Notes under the pieces: generated by a model
The model's database searches: none
What the model saw: the letters and a program-made list of their open reading frames with translations, nothing else
Told to the model about the DNA's origin: nothing
Part shown: one piece after another, positions 24,420-35,899 of the stretch
Position numbering within the stretch: position 1 is the stretch's first letter
Layout of the letters: the number at the start of each line of letters is the position of its first letter
Program-made: the position numbers and the translations under genes
Origin: Chiloscyllium plagiosum
Taxonomy: Eukaryota
Direction: 5' to 3'
DNA length: 64,000 nt
Assembly: GCF_004010195.1 (NCBI RefSeq)
Contig: NC_057720.1
Span: 24,055,236-24,119,235 of the forward strand

Positions 24420-25961
24420 GAAAACAGAAATCCTGCAGAGTGTGAAAATAGATAAGTCCCCTGGGCCGGATGGGATTTATCCGAGGATCCTCTGGGAAGC
24501 CAGGGGGGAGATTGCCAAGCCTTTGGAATTGATCTTTAAATCGTTGTTGTCTACAGGAATAGTGCCAGAAGACTGGAGGATAGCAAATGTGGTTACCCTG
24601 TTCAAGAAGGGGAGTAGAGACAATCCTGGTAATTATAGACCAGTGAGCCTTCAGTTGTTGGTAAAATGTTGGAAAAGGTTATAAGAGATAGGATTTATAA
24701 TAATCTATAAAAGAATAATTTGATTAGGGATAGTTAGCATGGTTTTGTGAAGGGTAGGTCGTGCCTCACAAACCTTATTGAGTTCTTTGAGAAGGTGACC
24801 AAACAGATAGATGAGAGTAAACCGGTGTGGTGTATATGGAGTTCAGCAAGGCGTTCGATAAGGTTCCGCAAAGTAGGAATGGGATTGTGGGAGATATAGC
24901 AGTTTGGATCAGTAATTGGCTTGCTGAAAGAAGACAGAGGGTGGTGGTTGATGGGAAATGTTCATCCTGGAGTCCAGTTAACAGTGGTGTACCGCAAGGG
25001 TCAGTGTTGGGTCCACTGCTGTTCATCATTTTTATAAACGACCTGGATGAGGGCGTAGAAGGGTGGGTTAGTAAATTTGCAGACGACACTAAGGTCGGTG
25101 GAGTTGTGGATATTGACGAAGGATGTCGTAGGTTACAGAGAGACATAGGTAAGCTGCAGAGCTGGGCTGAGAGGTGGTGAATGGAGTTTAATGCGGACAA
25201 GTGTGAGTTGATTCACTTTGGTCAGAGTAACCGGAATGCAAAGTACTGGGCTAATGGTAAGATTCTTGGTAGTGTAGATGAGCAGGGAGATCTCGGTGTC
25301 CATGTACACAAATCCTTGAAAGTTGCCACCCAGGTTGACAGGGTCGTTAAGAAAGCATTCAGTGTTTTGGGTGGCACGGTGGCACAGTGGTTAGCACTGC
25401 TGCCTCACAGCACCAGAGACCCGGGTTCATTTCCCGCCTCAGGCGACTGACTGTGTGGAGTTTGCACATTCTCCCCGTGTCTGCGTGGGTTTCCTCCGGG
25501 TGCTCCGGTTTCCTCCCACAGTCCAAAAATGTGCAGGGAAGGTCTTACAAGGAAAGGCTGAGGGACTTGAGGCTGTTTTCATTGGAGAGAAGAACGTTGA
25601 GAGATGACTTAATAGAGACATATAAGATAATCAGAGGGTTAGATAGGGTGGACAGGGAGAGCCTTTTTCCAAGAATGGTGACAGCGAGCACGAGGGGGCA
25701 TAGCTTTAAATTGAGGGGTGATAGATATAGGACAGATGTCAGAGGTAGTTTCTTTACTCAGAAATCAGTAAGGGTATGGAATGCTTTGTCTGCAACAGTA
25801 GTAGATTCGCCAACTTTAAGTATATTTAAGTCGTCATTGGACAAGCATTTGGACGTACATGGAATAGTGTAGGTTAGATGGGCTTCAGATTGGTATGACA
25901 GGTCGGCGCAACATTGAGGCCCGAAGGGCCTGTACTGTGCTATAATGTACAATGTTCTATG
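24420..25961 (+). mobile_element. 5'-truncated CR1 LINE with internal deletions and an HE1 insert
   Basis: ORFs with [32 protein letters not shown] and KFADDTK; ATGTTCTATG tail. Confidence 0.92.
25369..25536 (+). mobile_element. HE1-like SINE 5' half inside CR1
   Basis: A/B boxes and V-core present, tail absent. Confidence 0.88.
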
Positions 25962-27006
25962 AAGTTATTGTTGGAGTGGTTTGATTCCAGACTGAAATCT
26001 GACTTGACAGATTTTTCCTTTGTTTAATCAGTTGGTCTTCCACTGAAACATAAGTATGCCATGAAAAATAAATATTATACAAAATAAATATTATGCAAAA
26101 TAAATGAAGATAAGTAGAATGAACTAAGCTATTCATGTACGGCACACTTTGAAAGATTTCAAAACACACAGGTGCTGTTTTACATATCTAACTAAGACCA
26201 GGACGTTTGCGACTGAAACCGAAAGGCTATGAGCAAGAAAAAGCAATTCTCGATCCTTCTCACTGGGAGCAGCCTATAGCATTTTGCTGTTGATAATGTC
26301 CAGTCATAAAATACATCCAATGCAAACAAAACCTCATACACTCTCTCATGTACGAGTCTTTTTCAAAAACACATGGATCTAGAAATAGTAGCAAGTTAAT
26401 CATTAAGCCCCTTTATATACACAGTCTCCCATACCAGGCACTGTACATGGTCAGGAGTCTCATCCAGAAGTCAGTCAGGTTATAGAGTCATAAAGATGGA
26501 CAGCACAGAAACCGACCCTTTGGACCAACTTGTACATGTCAACTAGATATCCTAAATTAATCTAGTGTCATTTGCCAACATTTGGCCCTTATTGCTTTAA
26601 ACCCTTCCTGTTCATGTACCTATCCAGATGCCCCATCACTTCCTCTGGCAGGTTATTCCATATGCGCATTACACTCTGCCTGAAAAAGTTGCCCCTTTTA
26701 AATCTTTCCCCTCTTACCTTAAATCTATACCTTCTAGTTTTGGACTCTCCCACCCTGGGAAAAAGGCTTTAGCTATTCACCCTCTCCATGCCCCTCATGT
26801 TTTTCTAAACCTTTCATAAAGTTACCCCTTAGCCTCTGATGCTCCAGGGAAATAGCCCCAGCCTATTCAGCCGCTCCCTTTAGCTCAAACCCTCCAACCC
26901 GACAACATCCTTGTAAATCTTTTCTGAACCGTTTCAAATTTCCCAACATCTTTCCTATAGCATGGAGACCAGGACTGAATGCATTATTCCCAAAATAGCC
27001 TAACCA

Positions 27007-27689
27007 AACAGGAAAGCCACACACACAGACCAAGTCCTAAACTATGAAAGTAAACACCCCAACACACGCAAACGAAGCTGCATCAGGACACTATTCAAAA
27101 GGGCCACAACACACTGCAGTACACCAGAACTGCAAAAAGAAGAAGAGGAACACCTATACAAGGTATTCGCCAAAAACGATACCCGCGCAACTTCATCAAC
27201 AGATGCCTAAGAGAAAGACCACGGAACAAGGACATACCACAACCAAAAGGACTAGCAACACAAACACTATATAGTACAAACAGGAAGACAGCTAACAATC
27301 CGCATACGTGAACATCAACTAGCCACGAAACGACACGACCAGCTATCCTTAGTAGCCACACTCGCAGACAACAAGCAACATGAATTCGACTGGGACAACA
27401 CTACTATCATAGGGCAAGCCAGACAGAGAACAGCCAGGGAATTCCTAGAGGCATGGCATTCATCCACAAACTCCATCAACAAACACATCGACCTGGACCC
27501 AATATACCAACCACTACAGCGGACAGCTGAAACTGACAACCGGAAGCGGCAGGGACAGACCACTATAAACACCGGAGGAAACATCAAAGAAGCGCTTCGC
27601 AGGAGGCTCCCAAGCACTGATGATGTCGCCTAGCCAGGGGCCGAAACATTTGCAACAAAAACTTCCAGCTCGGCGAACAGAACCACAAC
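27007..27689 (+). mobile_element. Internally deleted Penelope-like element (RT C-terminus, GIY-YIG C-terminus, terminal repeat; family P) with 10-bp TSD
   Basis: Translates RKATHTDQVLNYES.HP...RTLFKRATTHCS and EHQLATKRHDQLSLVA...FDWDNTTIIGQ...REFLEAWHS; TSD AGCCTAACCA at 26997-27006 and 27690-27699. Confidence 0.9.
27614..27653 (+). ncRNA. Minimal hammerhead ribozyme motif (partly decayed)
   Basis: GCA-CUGAUGA-U-GUCGCCU-agcc-AGGGGCC-GAAA-CAUU-UGC; two stem II mismatches, stem III palindrome broken. Confidence 0.6.
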
Positions 27690-29949
27690 AGCCTAACCAC
27701 TGTCCTGTACAGCTGCAACATGACCTCCCAGCTCGTATACTCAATGCTCTGACCAATAAAGGCAAACACACAAACACCTTCTTCACTACCTTGTCTACGT
27801 GCAGCTCCACCTTCAAAGAACTATGAACCTGCACCCCAGGGTCTCTTTGTTCAGCAACACTCCTCAACGCTCTACTATTACATGTATAAGTCCTGCCGTG
27901 ATTTGCAGCATTGCACATTTATTCAAATTAAATTCCATCTGCCACTCTTTGGCCAATCTGATCAATATCCCGTTGTAATCTCAGGTAACCTTCTTCACTA
28001 TCCACTACACCTCCAATTTTAGTGTCATCTGCAAAATTACTAACCATGCCTCCTGTGCTCACATCCAAATCATTTATATAAATGACAAAAAACAGTAGAC
28101 CCAGCACCGATCCTTCTGGCACATTGCCGGTCACAGGTGTTTCCTGCCTCTGCAGTAGATGGAGTGGGCTATGGTCGGTCCATTGGCTCCATAGCAACAA
28201 ATCTGGGGATGGTAGGGTTAATGCAATCATGGCGATGTATAGGCACCAGTCAAGGATCTGGACATGTGTTGTCTGGTTCTGTTAGTCAAGTGGATTGCCT
28301 ACGGTCAGTCTGTCACACCCATCCACATAAAGAGCGGGTGCGGGATTGCAGATGTGGCACAGCCACAGCACTGACCCTCAGTAATTTAGTCTTTGGGACT
28401 GATGCCTACAATTCTTGGCAAGAGTACAGTGAAATTGTGAAGTCAGGCAGCAGGAGTTCCAAAGAGTAGATGCTGTACAGCCTGGATGGCAAGGGTGTAA
28501 CATGGGAGGGGTTCATCCACAGTCTGGAGCATCCTGACTTCAAGGGGGAATCCTGGCACTAATAATGGTCACGTAATATGCCAGGGTCTCGGTAGAAAGG
28601 GTAAGTAGGTGAAGGCACATAAAGATGGGCCAGGCAGGAACTCAGGGGAAATGTGAATCCTGTGGGGTTGACATGATGGGCTACTAAGCAAGACTACTAT
28701 TAGAGATATTGATCTTGGGGTTGAGGACAGAAGCTACTGAAAAAGGGTGGAAATCAAAAGTGGGCAACATGAAGAAAATGTTTACATGCAGCTCTGAGTG
28801 GGTAGGGGAAATGAGCTGTGAGAGAAGGAGCTGCAGCAACAGCAGTTTATGAGGCTTTTGAAGGGCCGATGAAGGTACAACACACAGGCACACGAGCTGT
28901 CTATGGCCATCCCACAGAACTGATCCTGTCTATAGGTGGCACCTGTCTGACACAGCCACTGCTGGAGAACACTTTGACAGCTACACCTATGCACACGGAG
29001 GGAGCCAGGCATTAGGAATGTTGCACCAGGAGGTCCAAAAATGTGAGCCCCCAATGCCAGCTTGTGCTGCCCTTGCTTTTAGATAGCGCTGTCAGCGCAG
29101 ACTTCCATCCATTGAGCCTCGTGTGTAGCCATGAACTGCTGCTGACTCCTGAGAAAATACATTGAGCACCTATACAGAGAAACTCAAACAGATGCACGAA
29201 AGTCAATGCCATCACATAAATGTACGCACTTTTATTACCAAAAAAACTTCCTTCACTCTTGTCACCAAAATGACCTTATTAAGTTGCCTTCTTTCTGTCC
29301 CTCCCATTGCATCTCAGTGCAGTGCCTGATTCCACAGCTAGGTGGAGGCAGACTAGGAGTCTGCTCTGATCTGGAGGTTAGGTGAGGTGACCCCAGGAGG
29401 AGCATGAGTCTAGGCTGGCCAGATATGCCAAAAAAATGCCAGAGGCAAGTTGACCCTTCTTGGTTTGGATTGAAAGGATCATATGCGGGGTGGTGGGAAG
29501 GGTGAAGTTAGAGGCCCGGGTCAGCTCTACAATTGTCTTGTTAAGGGTTCTGTAAATGGTTCCTCCTGTGGCTGACATCACCCTGTAACCTTGTGAGAAA
29601 AGGCACTTTGAGTGCTCACTAGGTTTCCCCATTCCCTATTCTTCTAAGGACCAATGGCTGGGGCAATGCATTGTAGGTTTGTGCACACCTCCAGCAGGTT
29701 TTGAGGGTGCTGGGCCTTGATCTCCATGGCAGCCACCAACCTGTCCATAGAGAAGCCACATAGTTGCACAATTCATTGCCCGGCTGCAATGAGGGCCATT
29801 GAGTCCCATCTAGTCTCTGCTGCTAGTTCCTCCTTGTGCATTTGGGTGAAGTCCCTGATTGCCAACACACAGGGTCCTCTTCTGCCTAGGACTGAGCAGG
29901 TGCCTGGTATGATGATTTTCTGGAGTATCTTTTCCTCAGCATTTCTAAA

Positions 29950-31185
29950 TGAATTGAATTGAATTTATTGTCACGTGTACCGAGGTACAGTGAATAGCTT
30001 TGTCTTGCCAGCAATACAGGCAGATCACAGAGTTAAGTAGCATAGATAAGTAAATAATAGTTAAACAGCGGCAAAAACAAAAACTCAGGTACAGACAAAT
30101 GTTAAGAGTTTGTGAGTCCATTCAGTATTCTAACAACAGTAGAGTAGAAACTGTTATGAAACCAGCTGGTGCGTGTGTTCAGGCTTCTGTACCTTCTCCC
30201 CGATGGTAGAGGTTGTAGAAAAGCATTGCCAGGGTTGGATGGATCTTTGAGAATGTTGGTGGCCTTTCCTTGACAGCGGCCTGGTAGATGGATTCTATAG
30301 ATGGGAGGTTGGCCTTTGTGATTGTCCGGGCCAAGTTCACCCACTCTGTGTAACCGTCTCTGATCTTGAATGGTACATTTGCCATACCAGGTAGTGATAC
30401 ATCCAGACAGATTGCTCCCGATGGCGCACCTATAAAAATTGGCAAGGGTATTCGCTGTCATGCCAAATTTCCTCAGCTGCCTGAGGAAGAAGAGACGTTG
30501 GACCTTTGTAACCAGTGAGTCCACATGAAGAGTCCAAGAAAGCTTGTTGTGGATGACCACTCCCAGAAGCTTGACACTCTCCACACGTTCCACCTCTGTG
30601 CTGTTAATGTGTAGGGGAGCATGAGTAGCATCCCACCGAAACTCAATAATGTGTTCCTTGGTTTTGCCGGCATTGAGAGTTAGGTTGTTCTCAGTGCACC
30701 ATTTTTCCAGGTCTTCCACCTCCCACCTGTAGTCTGTTTCATCGCCATCTGTGATTCGACCGACTATGGTGGTGTCATCAGTGAACTTGTAAATGGCATT
30801 AGTCGGTATTTGGCAATGCAGTCATGGGTATCCAGTGAGTACAGTAAGGGACTGAGTCGCACCCCTGTGGAGCTGCAATGTTAATTTTTAGTGGGGATGA
30901 AATATTGTCCCCAATCTTCACTGATTGTGGTCTCTGGTTCAGGAAACTGAAGATCTAGTTGCAGACAGTGGGGCTTAGTCTGAGATCACTCAGTTTAGTA
31001 ATTAATCTTGAGGGGTTAATAATGTTGAAGGTGAAATGTAGTCAATGAGTAGAACTCTTGCATAACTGTGAAGGGCAGTTGATATGGCATCTGATGTGGA
31101 TCTGTTGGTCCGATAGGCAAATTGGAGTGGGTCAAGAGTAGCGAGGAGGCTGGTATTGATTAATGCCATGATCAGCCTTTCAAAT
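29950..31185 (-). mobile_element. Rex1/Babar-like LINE, 5'-truncated
   Basis: ORF 30102-30719 WCTENNLTLNAGKTKE...VERVESVKLLGV...QRLFFLRQLRK; upstream YKFTDDTTIVG; (TTCAA)n tail. Confidence 0.85.
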
Positions 31186-31486
31186 GCATGACCACTTTGA
31201 AGCTTTCAGTCTTTTTTTTGTTCCAATATAATGGATATATCCACAATTACAAACTTATGTAACTACTTGTTTCCATGTTACGTTTTTGTACGCAGTGCTT
31301 TTAGGCTTTTGCAATTGTGTCATATTTGTTCAAATGATTAGTCAGCTTTTATTTTTCAGTTGACGTTCATGCTTTTGTTTGCTTCAGTGATGGTGCCAGT
31401 AGAAATATCTGTCCAGATGTTGAAATTGTCATAACAATGTTGTTAGGATACTGACAGACAAACACTTCAGCTCCAAGAGAAGCTGT

Positions 31487-31547
31487 GGGCGGCATGGTGG
31501 CACAGTGGTTAGCACTGCTGCCTCACAGCGTAAGTAATCTAATCTAA
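31487..31547 (+). mobile_element. Mini HE1 SINE (head fused to tail)
   Basis: GGGCGGCATGGTGGCACAGTGGTTAGCACTGCTGCCTCACAGC joined directly to GTAAGTAATCTAATCTAA. Confidence 0.8.
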
Positions 31548-32174
31548 AAAAAATAGTATTTAATCACCATCCATCAACTCCAATTGCATGTGATAGCTGA
31601 TCTAGAGATTAAAACACATAGCATATTTGTCAATCCGAGATATCAAATGAACATAGGCCTGTGTATTTGTAGTATTTTCTATCAGCACCTGAAAAGGTGG
31701 GACAATATTTCAAGTTGGATTCTTCAGTAAGAACTAGAAACTAGAAGATTGGAATGAAATAAACAAGAGGAAATGCAGAGAAATCAAAAGCAATAGTGAC
31801 GACTTAACAGCATTTCACAAGTTGAACTGTCTCTGGGAGATATCATATGTATCCTTCCAAAGTGAAGGATTTATTATTTTCTATTTTGATTGCTCTTGAA
31901 CAAATTGCACTTCCTCCTTCCATCCAGATCTATCTCAGCATGTCATCTTGCCAGCCAGTGAAAGACTCTGAATGTTGGATTTCTTCACTGTATCACTGGG
32001 GATCGGGGTTGAAAAATGTTGTACCCAGCAGCAATGTCCCCATGACCCAATTCAGTAATGCCCAATCCATGTGCCATGTAATTTGTGTAGCCTGGAAGAT
32101 ACTATATACTGTACATATTCAATGGAAGGTGTAACTTCACAAGGTTCTTTTTATTCAAGTGGGTTTTTGGTGAT

Positions 32175-32401
32175 TGTAATGAGGTCAGCCAGGTGCACCT
32201 CATAGAATATAAGTTCCATGATTGGGGCTGTTAACCTGGTCCAACCAGGGAGCCCTGGCTGACAGATATAAACAGGAGTGTCAGAGGTTCTGCTCACTCT
32301 GAAAGCTGGCTCTGAGGAAGCCAGACCAAAGTCAAGTGCTATGCATATGCAAATAAAGGATGAGTTGGTGAATGGATACCAGCCTATGTGGAGTTATTTC
32401 T
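32175..32401 (+). mobile_element. Probable solo LTR (Gypsy-like size)
   Basis: Starts TGTAAT; reverse CCAAT (GATTGG ~32220), TATAAA 32267-32272 and AATAAA 32352-32357 in U3-R-U5 order; ends TTATTTCT (terminal CA imperfect); no clear TSD. Confidence 0.5.
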
Positions 32402-35400
32402 GGGGCTGTTCACAATATTTGACTCAATTTTTAGCCCATACACCTGATATTCAAGAACAAGAGGATGATGAGAGATTGCAGAACGTTATTCTTTTTTCTA
32501 AGTCCAAAGCCATGTTATGTAGAAATTGAGGACAGAGTCACTGTGGCTGATTGTCTACCTTCCATCGTCTTGTCAATGCCCTGGTAGCAATAGAGGGGAA
32601 CCATATGGAATGTACACGTAAACTTGGCCACCTGCAAATGTGTAGTACACAACATTGTGTATAATTGACCACAGTGGACTTTACAATGGATTTTTTTTCT
32701 AGTTTGATTCGAGTTGAATATTTATTTCATTAGTGACACCCTTTTAGAGGTACATCTTGTTGTATTGATTTCTGGCTAGTGCCACTGCAATTCCCTCCAC
32801 AACACTTTATGATCTACCGTAACTAAATTGTTCCATTTTTTTTTTAACTTGTTGGTAAGTTGTTTATGCAAATTATTGATGTGCCAATGTGGACACATTC
32901 ATGTCAGTTAAAGGGGATTGCAGAAATCATATTTATGAGATAAATAAATGTACAGCAGATTTTATGCCAATGTTTGAGAAAGCCTCTGAATTGTAGCATG
33001 ATTCCTTATTTTAAATGGGTATTTATAACATTCCATCTCTACATATGCTGTGGTTAAACTTTTGCCAATGTGTAAATTGTCTGCTTTACTTGCTAGAATG
33101 AATCTTTGTGAACATTGGAACATAGCTAGTGTCTCATTCAGTAAAGTGTACGTTCATTTTAATGTTTGTTATAGGTAAAGTTATCAAGCTCTTTATAAAT
33201 ACCAATTCCTGCTATTGTCTAGAAGTGCATTAGGAGCAACTGTTCAGTGCACTTGACCCACATTATGGCCTCCAGCACATGAGCAACTATTAAGAATTGC
33301 ACAGTATTGTTAGTCTGTACCAAGGCAACTAGTTGATTGTAATGTAGCGGCTTACAATAAAACTAATACTGTATATCCATGAAATGTTCCCCCTAGTGTT
33401 ACAGCTCAATTAAGTATAGCCCTTTGTAAAACCTCTACAAGTGAATTTAATAATATATTACTGCAATCGCCTACTCATTTAAAAGAACTTCTCAACATTA
33501 TTTACTAAGACCTTGTAGAAATTATTATATATGATCTTCTTAATTCAGTCTCAAATATATATCCCAAGTATAATAAAATTGCAATCTGAAATTTCACTGT
33601 TTAAATTACATAGACACGTATTAGTTATAAGTTATTGGAGAATATACAGCGATGGAAAAGTGACCTCAAAATTATGAAAATGCACAGTATACCTACTTCT
33701 ATAGTATCATGGTAAATATGTATTAAATATAAAATAGATTTAAGACTGATTGTTAATGTGCCTTCTCCAACACATCCTTCAACACCATTTCATGGGAGTA
33801 CAAAACAGTGCCTGAGGAAAGAGAATTGAACATAGCCTATTTGCAGTATGTACTACCCTTGACAGCATGTCATTTAGAATCTCATCTCTTTTTATCGACA
33901 CAAGGTTCTGATCAATACCTCTGTAAATAAATTCTAAAAAACGTTTCAGCTTTTTCACACTTGCTGAAATGTTTTCAAATCTCGGATGACCAACAATTTT
34001 TATCCTATTTGACATGATTTCAGTTTGGTTAATTTATACCAAATGTCTGGTAAGTGTCTTCTGAAATATGAATTGGATCTATTGATTCTGAGCAAAATAA
34101 ATGATAAGCCTCTTTCTAATTTAGATGGGAAAATCATATTTATTTGTGGTTTCATTTGTGTGTTTTGCAGATTGTCATTTTATGCATATGCAATTTAATC
34201 ATGGAACTTTATTTACAGATTGTGAATTTAAACTTTTTGTTCAATGTATATAGACCGATGTATCAAGAGGAGAAAATTGACTGTATTTCCCTTTTATTAA
34301 AATTTGAGTTGGCATTTTCCCATCGTGCTTTATATAAGACATTGTTGGTTAGTCCACAGGATGCACGTTGTATTGGCAATCCAAATCATTGGAGTTTGTG
34401 GATTTTTTAAAAATTAATTTTGTTCTGTATAAAACAGCACAATAGAATGGCAGATTTGGAATCTATTTACACATCATTTGAAAATGGGTGATAAACTTGG
34501 TGAAACATTTGAAAAAAATGTAGATATTTTATGCAGTCTTGGGATGTGAGCACCTGCGGCAAGGCCTGCATTTATTACTCAATTCCCAAATATCCCTTCA
34601 AAGATGGTGCTGAATGATTAGTACAGCTTGTTGTGTAGGTACCCTCACTGCCAATAGAGAGAGAATTGGAGGAATTAGGAGTCAGGACGGTATTTTACCT
34701 GGTTAACTTGGATGTGGTGGAGGTTTGTAAGGTCTTATCACATGAACATGGCAATAAAATGAAATGCTGAAACAATTTTACTATTGTGATACCAGAGAGG
34801 GGGTGTTTTTATTGAGGCATGATTATGGAAAATTGAGTACTTTTTGCTAAAACTATATGTTAAGTGGCGATCTGGTGTTTAAAATGATGTATGACTAAAC
34901 AGAGGTTAATAAAGTGCCAATTACTAAGTTGCTAACCAGGGGATAAGCATTTTAATATCTTTGTTAAAAGAGCAACTAGGATGATGAATGGATTCTTTGT
35001 TACGCAGAAGAATATTGAATATTCTGCCAGACACGATGGAGGTAAATCTACAATTTTTTGAACGAAAAGCAAATAAAAAAATGAAAAAAAAAATTTATTA
35101 TACATTGGACAGAAGGGAAACTCATTGCCTAGCTACCCTACAGTGAACAACTTGCCCCCTAACTCACTAAATCTGTCCACCAACTACAAGTCACAAATCA
35201 GCAGTTTGATGAAATACTCTGCACTTCTCCTGATGAGTATAGCTCAGACAATACTCAAGTAGCTCAGTGTCATCTGGGAAGGACACTACAGCCTGCTACA
35301 TTTAACATCTCAGTGAGAACCCTAAACATATGCTCCATCACTAAGGCACTGTAGTAGCAGTGTAGATGTTTTTAATAAATATATTCAGATATGTAATGAC

Positions 35401-35549
35401 ACATTTCTGGAACAGGTTACACTTGAATCTGAGGCAGTTGTACAGACCACAGGCCCTAGTGGTAGCGATGCCAACCACAAGAATCAACTTACCATGACTT
35501 TCTGAACAGCACCTTCCTAACACATTATCTCCATCACTTGAAAGGATAA

Positions 35550-35899
35550 TCTTAAAAATCACACAACACCAGGTTATAAAGTGGCAGGATTCCTGAAGAA
35601 AGGCTTATGCCCGAAACATCGATTCTCCTGCTCCTTGGATGCTGCCTGACCTGCTGCGCTTTTCCAGCAACACATTTTTCAGCTCCGATCTCCAGCATCT
35701 GCAGTCCTCACTTTCTCCTACCAGGTTACAGTCCAACAGGTTTATTCTGAAGCACTAGCCTTTGGAGCGCTGTTCCTTCATCAGGTGGTTGATGATGAAG
35801 AAGCAGCGCTCCGAAAGCTAGTGCTTTTGAATAAAACTGCTGTTGTGTGATTTTTAACTTTGTCCATCCCAGTCCAACACTGGCACCTCCAAATTGTGG
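35550..35899. mobile_element. PLE family C fold-back element (8-bp TSD AAGGATAA) interrupted by a family A copy
   Basis: Same arms and tail as 14063-14280; AAGGATAA at 35542-35549 and 35900-35907. Confidence 0.85.
35577..35719 (+). mobile_element. PLE family A short copy with 9-bp TSD
   Basis: TSD ACCAGGTTA at 35568-35576 and 35720-35728; begins ~16 nt before CTGAAGA-A-AGGC-ttat-GCCC-GAAA-CATC. Confidence 0.85.

Larger units (their letters stand above)
26484..28140 (-). mobile_element. CR1 LINE (RT to 3' end) split by a Penelope insertion
   Basis: Minus-strand VPEGSVLGLLFFVIYINDLD...FADDTKIGG (ORF 27928-28230); 3' UTR at 26484-26600. Confidence 0.88.
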
